Assembly: GCF_006345805.1 (NCBI RefSeq)
Contig: NC_043016.1
Location: 17,980,001 to 18,044,000 of the forward strand
Direction of reading: 5' to 3'
DNA length: 64,000 bases
Source: Octopus sinensis
Lineage: Eukaryota
Position numbers and translations under genes: made by a program. Below, one piece after another: positions 28,717-39,957 of the stretch. The notes below the pieces were generated by a model. It worked only from the letters and a program-made list of their open reading frames with translations, made no database searches and was not told where the DNA came from. Within the stretch, counting starts at the first letter, position 1. Every line of letters starts with the position of its first letter.

Positions 28717-29540
28717 ATATGTATGTGTGTATGTATGTACATTTGTCTGTATGTATGTATGTATGCATGTATAAAGGTATGTATGCAATTGTGTATGTAT
28801 GTAAGTATGCATGCATTTTTTATGTATGTAATGTATGCATATATGTATGCAAACATGTATGCATGTGGATACCATGTAGCAAAATAGTAGTTTGCTTTGC
28901 AAATGTGACTACCCACATGCAGTCCCATTCCATGACACATTTGACAAACGTTTTTTGCTACAACCACAACAACAACCCTAACCCCAACTGAAGTTTTAGT
29001 GAATGATATCAGGTTCATGGAAACTGTGCTGAAACCTATCAGATAGATTTTCCTGATAATTCAATATCCCAGTCCTGTCACACTGTGTCACACTGTGTCA
29101 TACTGACTCTGTCTCTAGGGCCAAATCAGACACCTCACCACCACCACCACCACCACCACCACCATTTTTATTTCTCTTTCCACCTCCACCCCAATTATTC
29201 TAATCCACTCTTGTATAACGTATATAGCTTTGTATTTCCTCTACAAACGAAGAAAAAAAAGGAACCAGCTCCTTCTTTCATGCTTTAACCTCTCACCACT
29301 TAGTATAAAGCTGTCTGCCTGTCAACTGTGTCCTCACTCAATCAAAAGGGATCTTCATCCCATGAGATACAGAGTCACACCTCACTAGCACCAGTACCAT
29401 GTAAAAAGCACCCAATGCATTCTGGAAAGTGGCTGGCATAAGGAAGGACCAAAGCAGATATTGGAGCTTGAGGTAGTCCTCTAACCCCTTAAAATTGTCT
29501 AAATCTTCCAAATTATTCTGGCTTGGAATATGAACATTAA

Positions 29541-29761
29541 CCCTTTCGTTACTATATTTATTTTGAGATACTCTGTGTTTCTTTCAATTACTTTAAATAT
29601 AACAAAGAATTTAGTAAAATAACTTAGTTATCATTAAGCTAGTGTTAGGAACATAAATTGTGACTAAGGTTTGGTGGAAGATTTTAATTCAAAATTTATG
29701 AAAACAAGACATTTGTACTACAGAGCCAGAGCTGGTTTTGGCCGGGCTGGTAACGAAAGGG
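29541..29761. mobile_element. piggyBac-type MITE family 1
   Basis: TTAA|CCCTTTCGTTAC ... GTAACGAAAGGG|TTAA perfect TIRs and TSD. Confidence 0.9.
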
Positions 29762-30270
29762 TTAATAATCATTTTTGTTATAGGTACAAGATCTGAAATA
29801 CTGGGGGAAGGGGCTAGTCGATTATAACAATCCCGTGTGCTCAACTGGTATTTATTTTATTGCTCTTCAAAGGAATGAAAGCCAACACCAACTTCAGCAG
29901 CATTTGAACTCAGAACATAAAGACAGACAGAATAATTCTTTGTACTGCAAGCACAAGGCCCGAAATTTGGTAGAGGGGTTTGTTGATTAAATCAACCCCA
30001 ATGTTTGGCTGGTATTTATTTTATCGACCCCCCACCAACCCACCCACCCCTCCCCAAAAAAGAATGAAAGCAAAGTCAACACAGGTGAAATTTGAACTGA
30101 GGTCATAAAGACAGACAAATTAATAATAGCAATAATAAGCCTTTCTTCTGTAGGGTCAAAGCCTGAAATTTGGTGGAAGGGCTTGATGATTAGATTGACC
30201 CCAGGATGCAAGCATAAATTGGATTACAAAATGTGAAAGACGAATGAAATTCCACAAGGCATTTTGACAG

Positions 30271-31033
30271 GAACAAAGTTGCAAGTTTTATCTTGTATTT
30301 CTATATTTTGGTAGTGAAGACCCCTTCTGCAGGACATTCAGAAAAGCAGTGGTTGGGAAAAGTTTGTTGCTCAGAAGCGAGGAAGGGGGGGCAGTGAGAG
30401 AAGGAACAAGGAAGGGAGGAGAAAGATAAAATGTGCAAACTGCTATTGCTATAGCAACCAGTCTGCTTCATGTAGTTCCTTTCTGTTGTTAATGGCTGGT
30501 TTCAATTTGTTCATAAGGAGGGCTTCCATAATTCTGAGACTGTCCATGTTGCATTGTGTTGATTTGATGGAAACTTTGAAGTTCTAGGTTTGGCACTTCT
30601 TGAGGTGTTTCTTCATCAAAGCGTCTGTCTGTATATGCTCATCATCATCATCATCATTTAACATCTGTTTTCCATGCTAGCATGGGTTGGACGGTTCGAC
30701 CGGTGTCTGGTAAGCCATGGAGGCTGCATCAGGCTCTAGTCTGATTTGGCAGTGTTTCTACAGCTGGATGCCCTTCCCTCCTTTATTCTAATGTGTAGTT
30801 TCTTTGTGGCGCTCACTACGTAGGATTCTCCACATTTATTGCAGACTACCTTGTATACTACATAGAGCATTGAACATGTTTTGAGCAGTCTGCATATGTC
30901 AACTTTCTCCTTCTTTGCCTGTCCCTTCTACCCAACACACATACTTTTTCCAACCACTGCTTTTCTAAATGTCCTGAAGAAGGGGTCTTCACCCCAAAAT
31001 ATAGAAATACAAGGTAAAACTGCAACTTTGTTC
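30271..31033 (-). mobile_element. Penelope-like element relic: GIY-YIG endonuclease (~30450-30900) between inverted ~100 bp pLTR segments; interrupted by a SINE-C (~30641-30777)
   Basis: Minus strand reads YVVYKVVCNKCGESYVVSATKKLHIRIKE|HIQTDALMKKHLKKC...LRIMEALLMNKLKPAIN; 30271-30364 and ~30943-31033 are reverse complements, each with a hammerhead-like core. Confidence 0.8.
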
Positions 31034-31515
31034 TGTTTTCTTTTCATTTTCTAGTTTACTTTGTACATTCTCACATTGTTCCAACTTTACAAAACTACAT
31101 GCTTTAAATTATATCTCACAATGCTTCACAAAAACTACCTCATATATATATCACCTTACTGGCACTTGTGCCCCATGCTAGTAGGGTGCTAAGAGCACCA
31201 TCCAAGCATAATCATTGCCAGAGCGGATAACTGGCTTCTGTGCCGGTGGCATGTAGGAGGCACCATTCGAGCGGGATCATTACCAGCATCACCTTACTGG
31301 AACCTGTGCTGTTGGCATGTGGAAAAAAATTTGAGGGAGGTCGTTGCCAGTACCGCTTGACTGGCCCCTGTGCCAGTGGCATGTAAAAAGCACCCACTAC
31401 ACTCTCGGAGTGGTTGGCGTTAGGAAGGGCATCGAACTGTAGAAACTCTGCCAGATCAGACTGGAGCCTGGTGCAGCCTCCTGGCTTGCCAGTCCCCCGT
31501 TAAACCATCCTCTAA

Positions 31516-31846
31516 TCTCTATACATATAAATGGCAAAATGTGTGTGTGTGCATGTCCTTTATACAAGTCCACAATTTTTCAGTTAGAGGGATCGCACTT
31601 TCTATGGTCATTCAAAACCGTCCAAGGGTGGTCATGCACATCTTTACATTTCCCCAGTCACCTCGCAAAGCCATTACAAAATCAATAGAAGTGACTTTTT
31701 TGTGAATTTTCTATCCAAAACCCAATCAAAATGCCCGAAACTTGATACACCAATTGAATGCCAGCTAGCTGTATGTGATTGGTTGGAGATTTGGACAGTA
31801 CTCATGTATATGTGCGCATGCATGCTGCTGTATATGCATGCACTAG
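31516..31846 (+). mobile_element. Non-autonomous Helitron family 3, 3'-shortened copy
   Basis: A|TCTCTATACATATAAA start; ends at CTAG|T without the terminal hairpin. Confidence 0.8.
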
Positions 31847-32196
31847 TAGTAGATAAAATGTTAACACAAAAAAAAAAAAGAGAGACATGCAGTCATTGCT
31901 ACTTTATGTGTGGAACACAGCAACTTATATATTGCCAACTTTCTAAATGTTGCCAAAATCTTTAATGCATTTTGTACACAAAGTTCAGTTGGAAGTGGAA
32001 GACTCTGGTAGGAATGTTTAAACTGTATCCAAAATAAATAAATAAATTGATAATCATTTAAAACATTTAGACACTGGAAGGACTCCACAATTTATCCAGA
32101 ATGTTTAAAAAATTATTGATTATCTCATTTTTAACCTCTTTACAGATTTTTCAGAGAATTCAAAGATAGCACTGAAAGTTACATTTTATATCTGAA

Positions 32197-32558
32197 CTGG
32201 CACTATGACCCAGCAACGCCGAGTCATAGTGTTAGTGCATGCATATACAGCTGCGTGCATGCGCACATACCCTTGAGTAGTCCAAATCTCTGACCAATCA
32301 CATACAGCTAGCTGGCATTCAATTGGCATATCAAGTTTCAGGCATTTTGATTGGGTTTTGGATAGAAAATTCACAAAAAAGACACTTCTATTGATTTTTT
32401 AATGGCTTTGCAGGGTGACTGGGGAAATGTAAAGATGTGCACGACCACCCTTGGATGGTTTTGAATGACCATAGAAAGTGCGATCCCTCTAACTGAAAAA
32501 TTGTGGATTTGTATAAAGGACACACACACAGACATTTTGCCGTTTATATCTAGAGAGA
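32197..32558 (-). mobile_element. Non-autonomous Helitron family 3, full copy inverted relative to 31516
   Basis: Reverse complement A|TCTCTCTAGATATAAA...ACTATGACTCGGCGTTGCTGGGTCATAGT hairpin followed by GCCAG|T. Confidence 0.85.
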
Positions 32559-32735
32559 TATGGAGAAAAGTGGTATATTCCCATGCAGGAAAGAATATAG
32601 GAGAATTAGTTTTAGGGGTTGAAAATGCACTTGCATCTCAAAACAAGTTGGTCGTAGTTTTTAAGATTTTGTAGCAAAATATAAAGAAATAAATAAATTT
32701 GCTACAAAATTTTTGAAAACCTCAAAGCCAACTCT

Positions 32736-32736
32736 C

Positions 32737-32769
<33 letters not shown>

Positions 32770-32813
32770 TGTATGTATGTATGTATGTATGTATGTGTGT
32801 GGATGTATGCATG

Positions 32814-32847
<34 letters not shown>

Positions 32848-32955
32848 TGTATGTATGTGTGTGGATGTATGTATGTATGTATGTATGTGTGTGGATGTAT
32901 GTATGTATGCATGCATGTATGTATGTGTGTGGACGTATGTATGCATGTAAGTATG

Positions 32956-32989
<34 letters not shown>

Positions 32990-33090
32990 TGTGTGTGGAT
33001 GTATGTATGTATGTATGTATGTATGCATGCATGTATTTATGTATGTATGTATGTGCATGTATGTATGCGTGTGTGTGTGTGTGAGAGAGA
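32736..33090. repeat. (TATG)n microsatellite with recurring TGTGTGGA interruptions
   Basis: Direct reading. Confidence 0.95.
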
Positions 33091-33908
33091 GGGGGGAGGG
33101 GCAACCACAATAGCTTTAGGTTCAGTTTAACAATGTGACACCTTGAGCAAGTGTCTTCTTCGGTAGCTTTGGGTTAACCAAAGCCTTGTGATTGAATTCG
33201 GTAAACGGATAATGAAAGAAGCCCCTTGAATATCTGTATTTGTCTTTGTGCCTGTGATTGTACTCCAACCGCCGCTTGACAGCCGATGCTAGTTTGTTTA
33301 CATCCCCATAACTTAGCGGGTTGGCAAAAAACTCCAATAGAATAAGTACTAGACTTACAAAAATGTGCAGGGGTCGATGTTTGACAAAAACCCTTCAAGA
33401 CGGTGCACCAGTACCGCGCACGTCAAAATGATGACGGGGAGAAGCTTTTAATAAAAATAAATTTTAATCCATAATTTTTTAAGTATCACCCCTTCTTCCC
33501 ATGTACTTTCACAACAGCCATCACCATTTTTTTCTTCCTGTTAGTTTTTTTGTTTTTTTTACTACACTATTCTATATTCTGAAACATGTATAATTCAAAT
33601 CTTGAGAGGGAAAAAAAATTAAATCTATTTTAAACGTCGACACCCCTTACCCCCCGCCAATCCTAAAAGTTAATTTAAGTCATTTTATAATATTCCACAT
33701 TCTGAAACATTTGAAATTCATATTTAAAACAAAACAAAACAAATATTTTATCCCCTCCCCGCCATTGTACTTTTCTCGGTTGAACTGGGATTTTTTGTTT
33801 CGTTTTCCTTTTTTTGCATTTTTGCTTTTGATTTGTTTTGTTTTGGTACTTTTCCTTTTATACTTTTGCCATTCTTTTTCTTTATACAACATAGAATTAT
33901 AACAAAGA

Positions 33909-34134
33909 TATTTCTTTATTGCCCACAAGGGGCTAAACATAGAGGGGACAAACAAGGACAGACAAAGGGATAAAGTCGATTACATCTACCCCAGTGAGTA
34001 ACTGGTACTTAATTTATCGACCCCGAAAGGATGAAAGGCAAAGTCGACCTCGGTGGAATTTGAACTCACAACGTAGCGGCAGACGAAATACGGCTACGCA
34101 TTTCGCCCGGCGTGCTAACGTTTCTGCCAGCTCG
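33909..34134 (-). mobile_element. tRNA-derived SINE family D
   Basis: Reverse complement cgagctggcagaaacgttagc...gagttcaaattcc...gcctttcatcctttcggggtcgataaattaagtaccag; other copies at ~40160-40340 and 41010-41175 (+) plus fragments. Confidence 0.85.
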
Positions 34135-34544
34135 AGCAAAAGGCGTGCTACACAGTTCAGTTACGTCCCTTTACATAACTTCAGTGTTTGTGAGTCGTTG
34201 GTACAATAAAGTAGAATTCATGAAGCGGATCAATAAAATCAACTTCTCCCACGATGCATGGTCTTGTGCTAGCTAAAACTAGAAGATAAAAATTCTACTA
34301 AATATCATAACACCGATTAGCATCTAAGGAACCCAAACATAACTGCGACGACTCGGTGCCGCGGGAAGATGTTAGTTTGCATCTAGTTATGTCCCTTGGT
34401 TTAAAATCTATTTGCAGTAATTAAGTGGAAAGGAACATGATTCACATAAGTATTGGGGAGAAAAGGGAGAAGGAGGTAAGACAGAAGAAAGAAAGGGGAA
34501 TCAGTAAATCAACACAGAAGTATGTGAACTCCGTCAATTATACA

Positions 34545-34927
34545 CTTTAAGCACTCCGTCGGTTACGACGACGAGGGTTCCGGTTGATCCGAATCAACGG
34601 AACAGCCTGCTCGTGAAATTAACGTGTAAGTGGCTGAGCACTCCACAGACACGTGTACCCTTAACGTAGTTCTCGGGGATATTCAGCGTGACACAGAGAG
34701 TGACAAGGCCGGCCCCTTGAAATACAGGTACAACAGAAACAGGAAGAGTGAGAGAAAGTTGTGGTGAAAGAGTACAGCAGGGATCACCATCATCCCTGCC
34801 GGAGCCTCGTGAAGCTTTTTAGGTGTTTTCACTCAATAAACATTCACAACACCCGGTCTGGGAATCGAAACCGCGATCCTATGACAGCGAGTCCGCTGCC
34901 CTAACCACTGGGCCATTGCGCCTCCAG
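34545..34927 (-). mobile_element. tRNA-derived SINE family B1 with 14-bp TSD
   Basis: TSD CCGTCAATTATACA at 34531-34544 and 34928-34941; tRNA-like head ggaggcgcaatggcccagtggttagg. Confidence 0.92.
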
Positions 34928-35919
34928 CCGTCAATTATACATGTCACGGGAAACCGGTGTTCTCTTTTGATATCTCTAAATAAATGGTATTACCTTGGAT
35001 GAGTGTTAGATTGAGGTGCTGGTACAATGAAACAGGGGCTCAAGTATTGTCTCATATATCAGACGGAAAAATTTATAGACAGATTACTGTATTTCAGAGA
35101 CTTATTTTGCTCAAAAACGGGGTTTTTTTTTGTTTTTGTTATTATTTATTATTTTTTTTATTATTTCTTATTTTTATTTTTTATATTTTTTTTCTGTATG
35201 TAAGCATTTAGATATGTAAATAAACAGATCAATATACAGACGGATAGGTATATAGATTATATGAACAGACACATATGGAGACACGGATCCACACATATAA
35301 AGATGCACATCCATACACACAAACATGGTACATAGTTACATAACACACACACACACACAGATATGCACACACAAGGAGACAGAGGTGCATACATATACAA
35401 ACACATGCTCACACACACATACATAGAAAATACACAAAAACACGGACAGGCAAGCACATAAATATGCAGGATACGTACATATAGATGCACACACATACAT
35501 ACATATGCATACACACACATATATACATACATACACACACACATACATACGTACATGTATGCATGTATAGGCACACACACACACTGACCCACACACATGC
35601 GCACAAACAAACAAAAGGGAACGCAGTGTACATAACGGACAGAGTCAAGACTTGAAAAGGTTGCAAGACGCAACGAAAATTTTAGAAAACAAAAATAAGA
35701 AATAAGTGTAAATTTTAGCGGTGAGTGTGTTAAATAATAAGGCACCAAAAAATAATGACTCTTCCGAGACACAACAGGAGGTGCAGTAACTCTGTCACAG
35801 GTATTAAGAACGTGAGCAAGTAAGTGACACATAGTGACATCCCATTGGAGGCTATCACTTTGAACATAAGGGCTAAAAGTGAGTACATCGGACTTCTTCC
35901 CATCGTTCCTGGACAATCC

Positions 35920-37309
35920 AACTGACTAGCTGCTGGGTTCGGCCTGAAGCTGCACGTAGTCTTCGTGCTTCAGAGAAAAAATAAGGCAGCTGTTCTAACC
36001 AGAATAAAGTATCACTGGTTGGAAACGACAGAGTACGTTCCGAGTGGAGTAGGTGTAGCTTTGTCGGCTGGAGAGCCCAGAACTGAGGAGTCGACAGGAC
36101 TTTGTTTTTGGCCAGGACACTCGACTCAATGTCACCAGACAGACTGTTCAAAAGATAGTTGGGAATTGTGATAGGTGTCAGTCCATCGACCCTGCACCGA
36201 ACGTGCACGAAAATGGAAAGATTCAAGTAGAGAAACACTGGAAGAGGCTAGCGATAGTCATGATGTACTATCGGGGAAGGGCATACCTCTGTGAATAACC
36301 AGGACGAATTAAAATATGGAGAGAGATTAGGGTAGAGACTGCTGCCGAAAATCACAGAAGTGCTGAATGCAGTGTTCTTGGAAAGAAAACCAGTAGATGA
36401 GCTCTTGGTGGATAATAGCGCAGTTTTTTGCTCAGGACAGCTAAAGGAGATGCTTGAAAGATGGAACATTAGACTCTTCTTCAGGTCTGCATACAGGCGC
36501 AATAGAAGCGGGACTGTGGAACAACAATATCGTACAATCAAAGCTATGGCTGAGAGGAGATGAATCTCTCCCATGGAGGCAGCCTTCTGGTAAAGTATGT
36601 CGCCCAGAGTAGGGCAAACTGAAGAGTCAATCCCGCAAAGAGCGATATTCCGATAAGAATGGAGACTTCTGAGTATGGTGTCGCTACTGCCAGGTATGGA
36701 AGGGGTCGCATCTGTACAGATCGGAAACGAAGTGTAGGTGCACCTAATGCCCGGTGCACAATGCAGTGGGAGAAAGGAAGGGTGACCGCGATCAATACTT
36801 GAAATAAGATATCGGTGGATGGAATGCCGAGTCACATCTTGGACGTTTGGAGGGTGGTTAGCTCCTCTGATGCCGAAGGAGTGGAAGAGGCCGACCCTGT
36901 GACCTTGCAAATACCTTAAAGGGAACGTCCTCCCTCCCTGGTGGATGGATGATTTCGAAACTGTGTAGAGGAGAAATGATCTTTAGATCGGTGATGGGGG
37001 GCGTGCAGAGGAAAGGAGCAGGAAAAATGAGGGACCAGAAGCGAGGGGGAAATGACGACACTTCAAGGAGTGGTGGGTTTAAAACAGTTTCTTTCTCGCG
37101 AGTGTGTTGTGAGCGACGGATGTGTATTGGGGAACGATATGAGAATAATAGTTCTTTCTGGCCAGAGCTTGGGTATAGGATACGTGTGAATATTACTGTT
37201 AAGTTTTGCTGATTCCCGTGACCTGACACTTGGAGGGACCGTTGCCGATTGCCTCTCTAGGCAAGAGCAACCTTTATTTGTACCTTGCAACTACGATAAA
37301 TATTCCACA
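35920..37309 (+). mobile_element. Gypsy/Ty3 LTR retrotransposon relic: RNase H end, integrase, PPT and 3' LTR (37004-37309)
   Basis: GFGLKLHVVF..EKNKAAVLTR; CDRCQSIDP zinc-binding region; PVDELLVDNSAVFCSGQLKEMLERWNI...GTVEQQYRTIKAM integrase core; purine tract GATGGGGGGCG then TG...CA-bounded ~306 bp LTR. Many stops and frameshifts. Confidence 0.8.
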
Positions 37310-37387
37310 TTAAAATATAATCATGAGCGAAGGAAAGATAAATATCAATTCAAGATTAAGTGCATCAATCGGTTGTACACCATAAGG

Positions 37388-38050
37388 GTTAACGGAACTT
37401 ATTGAGGCAAGCCAATACGGTCGCAGCATTGCGACGGGTGATGGCGCGGCTAAGGCGTTAGAACAGCTAAGCACCTTCACGGATATCACCTGACACCTCA
37501 GTAAGGAGAGAAGGTAATGATGACAAGAGCTTTGTTGTCGGCGGTCAAGCTCCTCCAAACCTCTTAAATCTCACTGGCTGGAAGAAGTGGTTCACTGACA
37601 AGTCCCGATACGTAAGGATTTTTCCCCTGTTCAGCTATAAAGCAGTGACCCTCCCATTTACCACAGTATCCAGGATGTGGGAGAGAGCAAAAGAGTCACA
37701 GACTGTGGTGTCCCAGGTGAGGAACCTACCTCTTGCTCAGGGACAAAGATTAAGGCCGTCTGGTCTCTCCCTATCTCTTCTGGATAATTCCGCCGGCTCC
37801 AGAACTGAAGGGCTTGCTTAATGATTAGGGTTAGCTCGGCGTGACGAGCAAAACGACCAGCATTTAGATGGTAAGACAAACCATGGAGGCCTGATTCGAG
37901 GTGCCTACCACAGCGATATCTGAGTCCCCCACGGTCGTCGGCTCCCACTCAGAGTGCAATGGAGATGCGAAGCTCATCCAAACTGAACAGAATACCAATG
38001 TTGATCTCAAGCAGGGTAACAATCCAGCCCCCCCCCCCGACAATTTCGCA
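37388..38050 (-). mobile_element. CRE-like (RLE-bearing) non-LTR retrotransposon 3' fragment
   Basis: ELRISIAL*VGA...CGRHLESGLHGLSYHLNAGRFARHAEL...LEPAELSRRDRERPDGL..LTWDTTVCDSFA...RLSRAITRRNAATVL: CCHC plus PD-(D/E)xK RLE pattern, decayed. Confidence 0.75.
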
Positions 38051-38502
38051 CTTGCGGAAATTAGACGACACTTTGAAAATTGATAATTTCCAGACATTAT
38101 CTATAATAATAGATGCCAAAACGAATTCCTATGTGTCAGTGTGTCACACTTTGACCCTCTCTCTCTTACTGTTCAATGACACTTCTACTATTCCTCATGA
38201 TGGGGTGAGAGTAATAGTAAGCATAGAGACGGTGAGGACTGTAGTAGATTGACAGTTGTTACGGTAACAGGGTGGTAGTAATAGTATGAGTTGTAGTTGT
38301 GGTAGAGGCGGAGACAAAAGTGATGATGGTGATGGTGGTAGCCGAGTCAGTCAGGGATGACGATGGTAGTAAGCGATGTGAAAGGCAGTGGTAATGGTGG
38401 TGGAGGGGAAGGTAGCGAAGTCAAAGGTATTGATGGTGGTGACGTCAGAAGTCTGAATAGTGTGTATGGCAGTTGTGGTGGCGATGGTTGAAAACAATTA
38501 AC

Positions 38503-38540
<38 letters not shown>

Positions 38541-39213
38541 GTTAGACAGAAAAAAATGTACTGTCCCTTGAATGGGAAGAGAAAAAAAATGTTTATCATG
38601 AAGCTTTGCAATTAGTTCCACGTCGACATATTATGTCATTGCTTGAAAAATTTTGTTGAAGTTTAATAAAATTTAATATGTCCTCAATGCATGAAGTGTC
38701 ATTGTTAGGCCCAAAGCCCAATGAAGAGCCCTCCACAGGAGCTGGCTTAAAAGCGGCTTTTAAGCTAGTACTGTATACATGGTACAGTATGATAGATTTT
38801 GAGAATTTTAAACGAATTAACAAATATTAAACAGATCCTTCTTTGGAATTGTATTAATCTGAATGTAGCAAATACAATTTAGTTCATTACTTTTCATAGT
38901 TTATTTTGTGGCTGTGATGTTCGCTTCCCAACCTCATGGTTCCGGGTTCAGTCCCACTACATGGCATGTTGGGCAAGCGTCTTGCATTATAGCTCCAAGC
39001 CAACGAAAACTTTGTGAGCGGATTTAGTAGACGAAAACTGGAAGAAACCCGTTGTATATAAGTGACGAAGGTGGTTGACAAATACTTCTACGACACATAC
39101 ACGTGTGCGTGTGTGTGTTTGTCCTCCCCCACCCCGTTCGACATCCGATGTTCGTGCGTTTACGTACCCGCAATGTAGCTGTTCGGCCAAAGAGACCGAT
39201 AAAAGTATCAGGT

Positions 39214-39606
39214 TTTTAAGAAAAAGTACTGGGGTCTATTTGTTTGACAAAAGATTCTTCAAGGCGGTGCTACAGCATGGCCACGGTATAATGACTGAAA
39301 CAGGAGAGAAAGAAAAAAAATTTATTTAAGATACTCTCCAGAAAACCAGAAAATCTAGAAATCCGGGACACTTCTAGTACCAAGAATGCCGAATATGGCT
39401 CGGCACAATATTTAAGGAAAACTACTGGGGTCTATTTGTTCGACAAAAAATTCTTCAAGGCGGTGCTACAGCATGGCCACGGTATAATGACTGAAACAGG
39501 AGAGAGAGAAAAAAATATTTATTTAAGATACTCTCCAGAAAACCAGAAAATCCAGAAATCCGAGACACTTCTAGTACCAAGAATGCCGAATATGGTTCGG
39601 CACAAT
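39214..39606. repeat. Tandem duplication, 2 x ~196 bp (SINE tail plus Tigger/pogo-like fragment)
   Basis: tactggggtctatttgt...gaatgccgaatatgg.tcggcacaat occurs at 39227 and 39423 with few mismatches. Confidence 0.9.
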
Positions 39607-39662
39607 TAACTGATAAGAGTATTAAGGACAGAGTTATCTGCCCCATACTTCCGATATTATCA

Positions 39663-39680
39663 TTTCCCGCCTTATTTAAA
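39663..39680 (+). promoter_or_regulatory. Candidate E2F site (TTTCCCGCC) plus CHR-like TTTAAA in the promoter of the exon-1 gene
   Basis: TTTCCCGCC at 39663-39671 followed 3 nt later by TTTAAA at 39675-39680, in non-repetitive DNA ~150 bp upstream of the ATG. Confidence 0.45.
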
Positions 39681-39827
39681 TCGAGACCAAATAAGATAGA
39701 AAAAGGAAATCGTAAAACGAAAATGCCATCTGCTGGAAACCCAACACTTTAAAGTCTGTTGTAGATGGTCTCAAGCGAGAAGTGTCAATCGTCAAGTGCA
39801 CAAGCCAGGAGTTTAAAAATATTAACA

Positions 39828-39957
39828 ATGAGTAAAACAAATGCTGTGAATAAACTTGCCAGAAATTACAGCCTGAGTAAAACGCAATTAACTCCGATAA
39901 TAAAAGAAGAAAATGTCAAACAACCAGAAAGAGAAATTCCTGCGTCTCCCACTTCAG
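39828..39957 (+). CDS. Coding exon 1 of a multi-exon gene (MSKTNAVNKLARNYSLSKTQLTPIIKEENVKQPEREIPASPTS); possible ETAA1-like protein
   Basis: ATG in aacaATGag context (an alternative in-frame ATG lies at 39765 after an in-frame TAG). Non-repetitive, protein-like ORF ending at donor tcag|GTTGTA in phase 1, which joins the 47650 exon in frame (TCA G|AT AAA = S-D-K). E2F-like site ~160 bp upstream. Confidence 0.7.

Noticed and set aside
28972-28986. ACCCTAACCC telomere-like motif
   Set aside because: Under two units; chance occurrence.
38270-38500. Gly/Asp-rich coding-like segment
   Set aside because: Degenerate (GGT/GAT)n low-complexity DNA with stops in all frames.
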